A stretch of DNA of 64,000 nt from Dehalococcoidia bacterium. Its GTDB lineage: Bacteria > Chloroflexota > Dehalococcoidia > Plut-88900. The notes below the pieces were generated by a model. That model was given only the letters and a program-made list of their open reading frames with translations. It was not told the DNA's origin and ran no database searches. The stretch covers positions 864,001 through 928,000 of the forward strand of contig CBDFLQ010000006.1 of assembly GCA_965249275.1 (NCBI GenBank), given 5' to 3'. Both the position numbers and the translations under genes were made by a program. Each line of letters opens with the position of its first letter. Positions within the stretch are counted from its first letter, which is position 1. This document shows positions 53,570 to 61,503 of this stretch, in pieces.

Positions 53570-54340
53570 ATGTCCAGACCCCGAGTCTATAAGTCCGAGG
53601 CCATTGTCCTCCGCCACCAGAACCTCGGCGATGCGGACAAGATTGTCACCGTATACAGCCCATATTTGGGCAAGCTGAGGCTCGTGGGAAAGGGCGTGCT
53701 GAAGCCCAGGAGCAGGGTCGGAGGCCACGTCGAGCCGCTGTCCCGGGTCTCGCTGCTCATTGCACGGGGCCAGAATCTCGACGTCATAAGCCAGGTCAGC
53801 CCCATCGAAAGCTTCGTCGAGCTGCGGGATGACCTGCAGCGCACTGCCCAGGCCCTCTACGCCGCCGAGCTTATCGACCTCTTCACCGGCGAGGAAGATG
53901 CCAGCCCCGAGCTCTACGAGGCCCTTTTGGAAACGTTGAGAGCGCTGACCCTAAACAAGGACGGCGGCCTAGTCCTGCGCCGCTATGAGCTGCGCCTTCT
54001 GGCAATTCTCGGCTACGCGCCCGACCTCGACTCCTGCGTAGTGTGCCGGGCCTCGAGCTTCCAGGGTGGCGCATCCTTCAGTTCCGTCGGTGGCGGCCTC
54101 GTCTGCCCCGACTGCGCCGAGGGAGACGGGGCGGCGCGGCCCATCTCTCGGGACGCCCTGGCATCCTTCCGCTACCTTCGCAACTCAGATCCATCCGCGA
54201 TAGCGGAAAAGGTGACCCCTGAACGGCTGGCCGGGGAGATGGAAATGACCCTGGGCCGCTACATCCGCTATCAGCTGGAGAGGGAGGTGAGGTCGGCGGG
54301 TTTCCTCGACCGGCTTGCGTCATTGCCTTCGAGGAGATAG
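53570..54340 (+). CDS. recO: DNA repair protein RecO
   Basis: AIVLR...GDADKIVT, LGYAP.L..CVVC...GGLVCPDC. Confidence 0.92.
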   Translation: MSRPRVYKSEAIVLRHQNLGDADKIVTVYSPYLGKLRLVGKGVLKPRSRVGGHVEPLSRVSLLIARGQNLDVISQVSPIESFVELRDDLQRTAQALYAAELIDLFTGEEDASPELYEALLETLRALTLNKDGGLVLRRYELRLLAILGYAPDLDSCVVCRASSFQGGASFSSVGGGLVCPDCAEGDGAARPISRDALASFRYLRNSDPSAIAEKVTPERLAGEMEMTLGRYIRYQLEREVRSAGFLDRLASLPSRR

Positions 54341-54477
54341 CAGAGTTGAAAGGCAATGCCTTTTTCTGATTGTGGTCTTGGGCATCGCACGCGAGCGATG
54401 ATCCGAGTTCCTAGCGGCGAAAAAGCCTGTGCTATACTCGCCTAAATCCCGATACCCTCCCCCCTGAAGGAGAATTC

Positions 54478-55782
54478 ATGTCTGACACTCAGCGCAGCTC
54501 GGAGCTCATGGCCCGGGCCTCCCAGTTCCTGGCCGGCGGCACCATGCACCACACCACCCACGGGTCCCTTCCCCAAGAGCTTCAGCCCATCGTGGCCCGG
54601 GGCGAAGGGAGCAGGTTCTGGGATGTTGACGGCAAGGAATATATCGACTATGTCATGGGGTCGGGGCCCCTGATCCTGGGCCACGCCCACCCCGAAGTCG
54701 TTGAGGCCGCTGAAAAGCAGGCCGCCGCCGGGTCCCAGTATTACAACCTCAGCGAGTCCATGATCGATCTCGCCGAGACTATTGTCAGCGCCGTTCCCTG
54801 CGGCCAGCGCATCAAGTTCGCAGGCTCGGGCAACGAGGCCACCATGATGGCCCTCCGCCTAGCCAGGGCGGTCACCGGCAAACCCAAGATCATGAAGATG
54901 GAGGGCGGCTATCACGGCACCCACGACTACACAGCCTGGGCCGGTACCCACAAGGAGCCCTTCGAATATCCCTACCCGCCCAGCGACTCCCGCGGCATCC
55001 CCGACGCCCTTGCAGATCTCGTACTGGTGGCCCCCTTCAACGATATAGAGACTACCTCCCGCCTTATCGAGCGCAACAAGAATGAGCTGGCAGCGGTCAT
55101 CGTGGAACCGGTACAGCGGAACATCCCTCCAAAGGTTGAGTTTTTGGAAGGGCTCCGGGACGTCACCCGCCGGTGTGACGTGGTACTCATTTTCGACGAG
55201 GTGGTGACCGGGTTCCGGCTCGCTTGGGGCGGAGGCCAGGAGTACTACGGCGTCTCTCCCGACCTTGCCACCATGGGCAAGGTTATAGGAGGCGGCTACC
55301 CCATCGGGGCCATAGTCGGCCAGAATGACCTCTTCTATCCCTTCACCCCCGAGGCAGCCGCCCGCGGTGAGTTGGCGATGTACGGCGGCACCTTCAGCGG
55401 CAATCCCGCATCCATGGCCGCAGGCCGAGCTACCCTCAATGTCCTGAGACGGCCCGGCCAATACGAACGGCTGGCCACGATGGGCAAGAGGCTCGGGGAC
55501 GGGCTCAAGGAATTGGGCCAGATGCTCGAGATCCCCATGTTCGTGTGTCAGGAAGGTTCGATAGTCGACGTACTATTCACCGACCAGCCCGTGACCCAAT
55601 ACCGGGACACCTGGTCGGCCGACGCTGACATGGGCCGAAGATTCAAGATGGGCCTCATCCGCCGAGGCGTCTGGAGCGTTCCCGGCGGCCCGAAAATGTA
55701 CGTCTCGCTGGTCCACTCGGAAGAGGACATTGACCACACCCTCGCCGTCGCTGAGGAATCCCTGAGAGACCTCCGGGCTTAG
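54478..55782 (+). CDS. Class III aminotransferase, glutamate-1-semialdehyde aminomutase-like
   Basis: WDVDGKEYID, SGNEA, GGYHG, FDEVVTGFR, MGKVIGGG.PIG, GTFSGNP; substrate not determinable from sequence. Confidence 0.85.
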   Translation: MSDTQRSSELMARASQFLAGGTMHHTTHGSLPQELQPIVARGEGSRFWDVDGKEYIDYVMGSGPLILGHAHPEVVEAAEKQAAAGSQYYNLSESMIDLAETIVSAVPCGQRIKFAGSGNEATMMALRLARAVTGKPKIMKMEGGYHGTHDYTAWAGTHKEPFEYPYPPSDSRGIPDALADLVLVAPFNDIETTSRLIERNKNELAAVIVEPVQRNIPPKVEFLEGLRDVTRRCDVVLIFDEVVTGFRLAWGGGQEYYGVSPDLATMGKVIGGGYPIGAIVGQNDLFYPFTPEAAARGELAMYGGTFSGNPASMAAGRATLNVLRRPGQYERLATMGKRLGDGLKELGQMLEIPMFVCQEGSIVDVLFTDQPVTQYRDTWSADADMGRRFKMGLIRRGVWSVPGGPKMYVSLVHSEEDIDHTLAVAEESLRDLRA

Positions 55783-55804
55783 CCCCCCACCCGAGGGGAG
55801 CCTG

Positions 55805-56006
55805 TCCGCCTAAGGCGGATCATTCCCGTGCCCCGACACGGGCCGAAGATGCGCCGTGCTGAAAGTGGAACATACGCCTCAGGTGGGTCCGCCTTTGGCG
55901 GAGCGTGAATCCATCCCCAGGCGGGGCCGCTCATCTTGTCGAAGATCCGCCTCAGGCGGGAGCCCCGTCGAAGGGTCGAGCGGGGGCGGCCCACGACTGC
56001 CAATCC
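55805..56006. repeat. Cluster of nested REP-like palindromes
   Basis: TCCGCC-NNN-GGCGG three times (55805, 55888, 55946), CCCGTGCCCCGACACGGG, plus segments matching 49707-49785 and the reverse complement of 50602-50655. Confidence 0.75.
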
Positions 56007-56107
56007 ATCACATCCTCCCAAACAACCCACTCCCCTTCTCCCCCATCTCTCCCCACCTTTGACTCTCATTCCGAGCGCCCGGCGCAGTTGGCACACCAGG
56101 AGACAAC

Positions 56108-56404
56108 CTATACCTTGACACGTAGCACGGAACGAACCAATAGTCTGATTGTCACCATCACACCTGCGATTATGGGGGTCGTAGCTAATGCCGTAGCAGC
56201 CACTAGTAGAAGTTCGTCTATGGTCTCGTTGCGCAAATCTAGGTAATAGTCCGCGCATAAGGCGACCAGCCATACTATCAAAGCTGTGTACCAGACAAGG
56301 GCAGCCGTTGCAATACTTCTAAGAAACCCCTTCAAGGATTCCCAGTAGCGTTGTTTGGTGGACGGATCATACATGCCCGCTTCAAACGGGTCGCATAGGC
56401 TCAT
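56108..56404 (-). CDS. Small two-TM hypothetical protein
   Basis: Lower-GC ORF with two hydrophobic helices. Confidence 0.5.
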   Translation of the reverse strand: MSLCDPFEAGMYDPSTKQRYWESLKGFLRSIATAALVWYTALIVWLVALCADYYLDLRNETIDELLLVAATALATTPIIAGVMVTIRLLVRSVLRVKV

Positions 56405-56621
56405 AAGCTCTCATTGTCCTAATGACTGAAAATGACTAGCTTCCGAGAGATTCCGTTTGGTTGTTGGATTTTATCAAATAACTACCGCGCGGACGCTTCA
56501 CGCTGAACGGAAAACCCCACTCCCACCCCCCCTCCCATCCCGAGGCCCCGCGAAGAATCTAGGACTTGCCCACCCCTGTCATTTGTTCCCGAAAGGGGTA
56601 GGTCCAGACGATAAACAAGGG

Positions 56622-56864
56622 CTAAAGGACGGGTTCACCCCTAAGCTTAGCGAGGACATTATGCCCGTTCCAAGTGAGGCCAGTCACATCATCCATATCG
56701 TCTGTAGTTACCAGCCCCGCTTCTTTACAGAGTCGCGCGTGAGCCCGTACAACTCCGTTTGAGTATCCATGGAAGATGGTCGCTTTTAACGTACCCTCCG
56801 ACAAGGCGCTCTGTTCTTCAACGAGTTCTAGCATCTTTTGGATTAAATCTATGTCCCTCTTCAT
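56622..56864 (-). CDS. DUF2513-like small winged-helix protein
   Basis: MKRDIDLIQKML...H..L..EAGLV.....LTWNGHNVL pattern; GAGGA RBS. Confidence 0.7.
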   Translation of the reverse strand: MKRDIDLIQKMLELVEEQSALSEGTLKATIFHGYSNGVVRAHARLCKEAGLVTTDDMDDVTGLTWNGHNVLAKLRGEPVL

Positions 56865-57022
56865 AGTCGTCCTCGTCAGTCTAGAGATTCCCGAATGAGA
56901 AAGACACCGTCAGGCTTTCGGCACTTTCGTTCAACGAGTGCCGACTTAAGCATCTGGCGAAGTTTCAATATGCCACATTTTCATCGCGTTATCAATTTCG
57001 CTCACATTTATCCCCCCACCCC

Positions 57023-58411
57023 CTACCCCCTCGCCGCCAGCCTCACCATCAAATAAGCCATATCCCTGTCCCCCTTGATCGAATTGCACGCCGCGCAAAG
57101 CAACTGAAGGTTCTCCAGGTGGTCCGTCCCTCCCTTGGCCCGAGGCACCACGTGATCAATCGTCAGGTTGTGGATTGGGAACAGAATCTTGCACCCGGCA
57201 CAGTTCCCCGCCTGCTGGCCGAACAGCACGTGCTTCTGCTTCCGGTACGGGATCGGAGCCTCGATATCCATGCGCCGAGGTATATCCGTCCGGGCCGTGA
57301 CGTAGCCGTGGTGAAAGAGGCTGCCCATGGCCTGCTGCAACCGCATGTTCACCAGTTCGACCGCTTTCGGAGAGACGTCTATCCCCACCCACTTCCTCCC
57401 CAACATCTCCGCCGCGACGCACGCGGTTGCACACCCGCAGAACGGGTCCAGAACCATGTCACCGGGATTAGAAGACGCCGAGATAATCCGTTCCAGCAGC
57501 GCAAGTGGCTTTTGAGTCGGGTAGCCAGTTCGCTCTTTTGCGTGGGCTTGGACAGGCTTGATGTCCGTCCACTGATCCTGCAAGGGAACGCCTGGCATTT
57601 CATCGAGATAGCGTTTATACCTAGGGACCGCTCCCGGCTTGCTCTGAACTATGCGACCCTCTTTGGCCAGTTTAGCCATCTGTTCTTGGCTATACCTCCA
57701 GTATCGTATGACCCCAAGTAATTCATAGTGGGGATTTCCTTTAGCGTCACCACCTGGCCCTGTTAAATCGCCAAGTGTGTATCTTCTGCCCGTTTCCGGC
57801 TCTATGTGACGATAGAAGCGGTCTACATAGTCTTGGTCGTATTCCGTATAGATTGGGTTCCACGTCCAACTGTCTCCCTTGGAGTAGAAGAGTAGGGAGT
57901 CACGTATGCGCCCGTGCTGGCGTCGGCCTTGCTTGGTGTCGCTGTGGGCGCTACTCCGCTTCCAAGATATATCGCTGCGGAAGTTGCCTGCCCCGAATAC
58001 CGAGTCCATCAACATCTTGAGATAGTGCCCCGCCGTCGGGTCGCAATGCAGGTAGATAGAGCCGGTGCCCTTCAGCACCCGCCGCATCTCAACCAGCCGC
58101 ACCGCCATCATACACAGGTAGGACTGCATCCCCTTCCCGTGCGTCAGCCCCGCCGCCTCTATCAGCTTGTACATCGCCGGTTGCTCGTCGGCAATCAACC
58201 CCATCCACGCAACATCCAACTCTGAAAGCGTCCACGTGTCCTTAAACGCCGCCCCTGCCGCCCGTGACCCGACCGGTGCGGCATAGTTCCGGTTGGAATT
58301 GAACGGCGGATCGAGATATATCAGGTCCACCGACTCGGAGTTCAACCCCCTCAAAATATCCAGGTTGTCCCCCGTCCAAATCGTCTTGTCTACAAAATTA
58401 GCTTCAGCCAT
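57023..58411 (-). CDS. N6A/N4C DNA methyltransferase (beta class) fused to a C-terminal HNH endonuclease domain
   Basis: IYLDPPF (motif IV), YPTQKP, LDPFCGC (motif I); C-terminal CAGC...IDHVVPRAKGGTDHLENLQLLCAACNSIK. Confidence 0.9.
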   Translation of the reverse strand: MAEANFVDKTIWTGDNLDILRGLNSESVDLIYLDPPFNSNRNYAAPVGSRAAGAAFKDTWTLSELDVAWMGLIADEQPAMYKLIEAAGLTHGKGMQSYLCMMAVRLVEMRRVLKGTGSIYLHCDPTAGHYLKMLMDSVFGAGNFRSDISWKRSSAHSDTKQGRRQHGRIRDSLLFYSKGDSWTWNPIYTEYDQDYVDRFYRHIEPETGRRYTLGDLTGPGGDAKGNPHYELLGVIRYWRYSQEQMAKLAKEGRIVQSKPGAVPRYKRYLDEMPGVPLQDQWTDIKPVQAHAKERTGYPTQKPLALLERIISASSNPGDMVLDPFCGCATACVAAEMLGRKWVGIDVSPKAVELVNMRLQQAMGSLFHHGYVTARTDIPRRMDIEAPIPYRKQKHVLFGQQAGNCAGCKILFPIHNLTIDHVVPRAKGGTDHLENLQLLCAACNSIKGDRDMAYLMVRLAARG

Positions 58412-58578
58412 GCCGCTAGTGTAGATTAACTGTCAACTTCCCCTCCCCCTTGGTAACGACATATCAGCCATGTTGCAGAGCAACATGGCTGATATGTCAA
58501 TAAAACAGGGCGGGGGGGGCGGGACTCAATATATCCCTGAGGGTGGTGAGACATACCTCCAAAAGTGACACGAACCCC

Positions 58579-58608
58579 TTGACCAAACTTGTACACTTGT
58601 ACTATATT
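58579..58608 (+). promoter_or_regulatory. Sigma70-like promoter pointing into the non-coding structured region
   Basis: TTGACC-N18-TATATT; the spacer contains a tandem ACTTGTAC x2 (58587-58602). Confidence 0.6.
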
Positions 58609-58797
58609 CACCTCCGATAGGCCAATCACTCACCCTAAACCCAAAGGAGGTACCAAAAACTAGGGAAGCCCACCCGACCCACCCGAGGACTCAACGCCCC
58701 AGCCCATCCCAACGGCCCTCGCGCAGACCCGCGGCACAAGCGAAAGTCGCCATCTCCTCATCCCCACCGGGTCCCGTGCCCCCTTCCCTGTCCCCCA

Positions 58798-59281
58798 GGC
58801 GATGGAAAGACGCCCTGGTTCGCTTATGTTCCATGTGAACCCCCTCTAAGACGCCCTCAGCCTCTTACAGGGAAACCCTCCCTCGGGAGGAACACGCTCT
58901 TTCGAGCGGAATAGCGGTCGGATAGACCCGGCGCTGAGGTCCTCTCGGTACACCGTCCGCTTAATGAAGCCGGGAGCCGGTGGTCTACGCGCTCCTGGTC
59001 GCACCGGCAAACTCGGACACACTACGCCTGCAGAGGCCCGGCGTCGGACGCTGGACGAGCCTCCTTGCCGCCCTATAGCGGTGCAGCCAACCCTCGGAGT
59101 CGGACTCGGACCTGCTGGCCCTGAAGGTCCCTGCCCATGTCCGGCGTATACAGGGCCACAGGCCGCAGCAGCGGCAGGCGGCGGTAGTCCGCCCCAGTCG
59201 GGCCGGCGTCCTTCCCCCAGCGCGTCGGAACACCCGAACCACAGGAACGGGGGCAGCGTCCAGCAAGCGTCTTCCATCGCC
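58798..59281 (+). ncRNA. Candidate large structured non-coding RNA (~484 nt, unassigned)
   Basis: 15-bp closing stem (58798-58813/59267-59281), two nested domains, more than 10 hairpins, G-U pairs on the + strand, upstream promoter, no credible ORF. Confidence 0.6.
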
Positions 59282-59472
59282 AACCCACCCCAAACAAACA
59301 GAACACACCGAAACCCCACCACCCATAACTGAATAACCCCCCTCCCCCGGCATAACGCCTTTGCGTAACTGTCATTCCCGAGAAATCAGAGTCCGGAAAC
59401 GGTGTGAAGTGTGGGATGTTCCAGTTGTGACCAAACCCTGCGTGTGGTAGCATACTGCCCCGTCGCACGACC

Positions 59473-60444
59473 ATGATACTTACCGCCGTAGGCGCCTATC
59501 CGAAAATCACTGAAGGGCCCGAGGGACAGAGGCTCCGTAGAGCCATAGCCCGCTCCGATAGAGGAGACATCACCCCCGAAGACCTCGCCCGGGTTGAGGA
59601 CGACGTCACACGGGAGGTCATCGAACAGCAGGTTGCCGCAGGCCTCGACATGGTCACCGACGGCATGATTCGCTGGGACGATGGGCAGACATACATCGCC
59701 CGTAACCTGGAAGGCTTCGAGGCAACGGGCCTCCTGCGCTACTTCGACACCAACACCTATTACCGCCAGCCTGTAGCCACGGGCCCCATCAGCTGGAAGG
59801 GCCCCATCACCGTATCTGACTACCGGTTCGCCGCGGGCTGCACTTCGCTGCAGGTCAAGGCGATTATCACCGGCCCCTATACCCTGGCCAAGCTCTCCCG
59901 CTCCGACCACCACCGGGACCTCACTCACCTCGCTACGGATCTGGCCGACGCCCTCAGGCAGGAAGCCCTTGCCCTGGAAAGCGAGGGCGTGCCCCTTCTC
60001 CAGGTAGACGAGCCTGCCATTGTCAGGAACAAAGAGGACTGGGCACTCTTCCGTGAGGTGATGGACCGCTTCACCCAGGGTTTGAACGTAGAGCGGATGT
60101 TGTACACCTGGTTTGGTGACGTCACCGGGCTGGATGGCTTTTTTGATCTTCCCTTCCACGGCTTCGGCCTGGACTTCGTCAAGGGCCCGGCCAACTTTGA
60201 CCTGCTGGACCGGTTCCCCGCAGACAAGACCCTGGGCCTCGGCATCCTGGACGCCCGCAACGTCCGCCTGGAAACGGTCGAGCATATTTCGAATACTCTT
60301 ACGGAGACCTCGCGGCGGGTGTCTCTGGCCCGCATTCACCTGACCCCCAGCTGCGGGCTCGACTACCTGCCCCGGGACACGGCAATAGCTAAGCTGAGGC
60401 GCATGTCTGAGGGCGCAGCGGCGCTGAAGGAGGCGGTAAGTTAG
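59473..60444 (+). CDS. Split cobalamin-independent methionine synthase, N-terminal-like half
   Basis: VGAYPK, TDGMIRWDD, YFDTNTYYRQP, ITGPYTL, LQVDEP, TPSCGL; lacks the HxC zinc motif. Confidence 0.85.
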   Translation: MILTAVGAYPKITEGPEGQRLRRAIARSDRGDITPEDLARVEDDVTREVIEQQVAAGLDMVTDGMIRWDDGQTYIARNLEGFEATGLLRYFDTNTYYRQPVATGPISWKGPITVSDYRFAAGCTSLQVKAIITGPYTLAKLSRSDHHRDLTHLATDLADALRQEALALESEGVPLLQVDEPAIVRNKEDWALFREVMDRFTQGLNVERMLYTWFGDVTGLDGFFDLPFHGFGLDFVKGPANFDLLDRFPADKTLGLGILDARNVRLETVEHISNTLTETSRRVSLARIHLTPSCGLDYLPRDTAIAKLRRMSEGAAALKEAVS

Positions 60445-61416
60445 ATGGGAGCCTTGTTGACGACCTCCGTAGGAAGCTTCCCCAAGCCTCCTTACCTGAG
60501 AAAGGCCAGGGGACGCTACTCCCGCGGCGAGATGGACCGGCAGGAGCTCCGGGAGCTGGAGTTGCAGGCAACCCGCGAGTGGATCGAGGCCCAGGAGGAG
60601 ATCGGCATCGACATCCTTGTCGACGGGGAGATGGACCGTGGCGACATGGTCACTTATTTCGCCGAGAACCTGGACGGGTTCGCAATCAGCGGCCTGGTCC
60701 GCTCCTACGGCAACCGCTACTACCGCAAGCCAATTGCCACCGGCCCCATTAAAAGGCGTCAGCCCGTCACCCTTGACACCTGGAAATACGCCCAGAGCCT
60801 CACCGAAAAGCCGGTCAAAGGCATGCTCACCGGCCCTTATACCATCTGCGACTGGTCTTTCGACGAGTACTTCCCCAACCGTGAAGCCTTCATTATGAAC
60901 GTGGCTGAGTTTGTGCGAGACGAGGCCCGGGACCTGGAAGCCGCCGGCGCCACCTATATTCAGATCGACGAGCCCGCCCTCTCTACCCGCCCGGAGGAGA
61001 TCGACGTCGCCATCCGGGCCATGGGCGTCGTCACCGAGGGCCTCACCGCCACGACCATTACCCATATTTGCTACGGTGATTTCGCCAAAATATATCCCCG
61101 GATGCTGGATATGCCCGTAGACATCTTCGACCTGGAGATGGCCAACAGCGGCTACCAGCTCATGGATGTGTTCGCCTCCCACCCCTTCAGAAAGATGTTG
61201 TCCGCCGGCGTCGTCGACGTGCACAGCCACCAGATAGAACCCCCCGAAGAGGTTGCCGAAGGTGTGCGCCGGGTCCTGACCCAGTTCTCCCTCGACCAGA
61301 TCCTCGCCGACCCCGACTGCGGGCTCAAGACCCGAACGGTGGAAGAGGCCAAGGCCAAGCTGAAGGCCGTCAGGATGGGAGTGGACCTCGTCAAAGAGCA
61401 GCTGGGCGTCGCCTAG
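60445..61416 (+). CDS. metE: Split cobalamin-independent methionine synthase, catalytic C-terminal half
   Basis: TTSVGSFP, VDGEMDRGDMVTYF, VRSYG, KGMLTGP, IQIDEPA, HICYG, PDCGLKTR zinc ligands. Confidence 0.9.
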   Translation: MGALLTTSVGSFPKPPYLRKARGRYSRGEMDRQELRELELQATREWIEAQEEIGIDILVDGEMDRGDMVTYFAENLDGFAISGLVRSYGNRYYRKPIATGPIKRRQPVTLDTWKYAQSLTEKPVKGMLTGPYTICDWSFDEYFPNREAFIMNVAEFVRDEARDLEAAGATYIQIDEPALSTRPEEIDVAIRAMGVVTEGLTATTITHICYGDFAKIYPRMLDMPVDIFDLEMANSGYQLMDVFASHPFRKMLSAGVVDVHSHQIEPPEEVAEGVRRVLTQFSLDQILADPDCGLKTRTVEEAKAKLKAVRMGVDLVKEQLGVA

Positions 61417-61503
61417 GGTCCAACCGGCCCTCAAAGCAGAACGCCTGGCTCCCCCAGCAAGCTTCCTGTAGGGTGCAAGCTAAGTAGAGAAGGGCAGGCC
61501 GGT

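Noticed and set aside
58798-58860. Fluoride (crcB) riboswitch resemblance: GGCGATGG...CGCC
   Set aside because: Lacks the GGAG/CTCC pseudoknot and the TRATGAC motif; no fluoride-related gene downstream; the same bases pair better with 59267-59281
58860-59200. Group I intron-like words (CAGGGAAACC, GCAGCCAA, TAGTCC)
   Set aside because: Order and pairings do not give a convincing P3/P4/P6/P7 core by eye, and no interrupted host gene is visible; a covariance-model search is needed to exclude it fully
59330-59472. Cobalamin or SAM riboswitch before split metE
   Set aside because: No B12-box or SAM-I core motifs seen; an extended -10-like TGGTAGCAT lies only ~20 nt before the ATG
55783-59472. 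Integrated prophage or island with att sites
   Set aside because: No integrase, tRNA or flanking direct repeats found; treated only as a variable patch
58846-59474. Overlapping ORFs of 122-158 aa across the structured region
   Set aside because: Low-complexity Pro/Gly/Arg translations with no RBS or family motifs; typical GC-rich shadow ORFs
59386-61434. Long antisense ORFs (682 aa here; also 8290-9366, 30996-32285, 46655-48064)
   Set aside because: They mirror well-supported genes on the opposite strand, as expected from high GC3 codon bias
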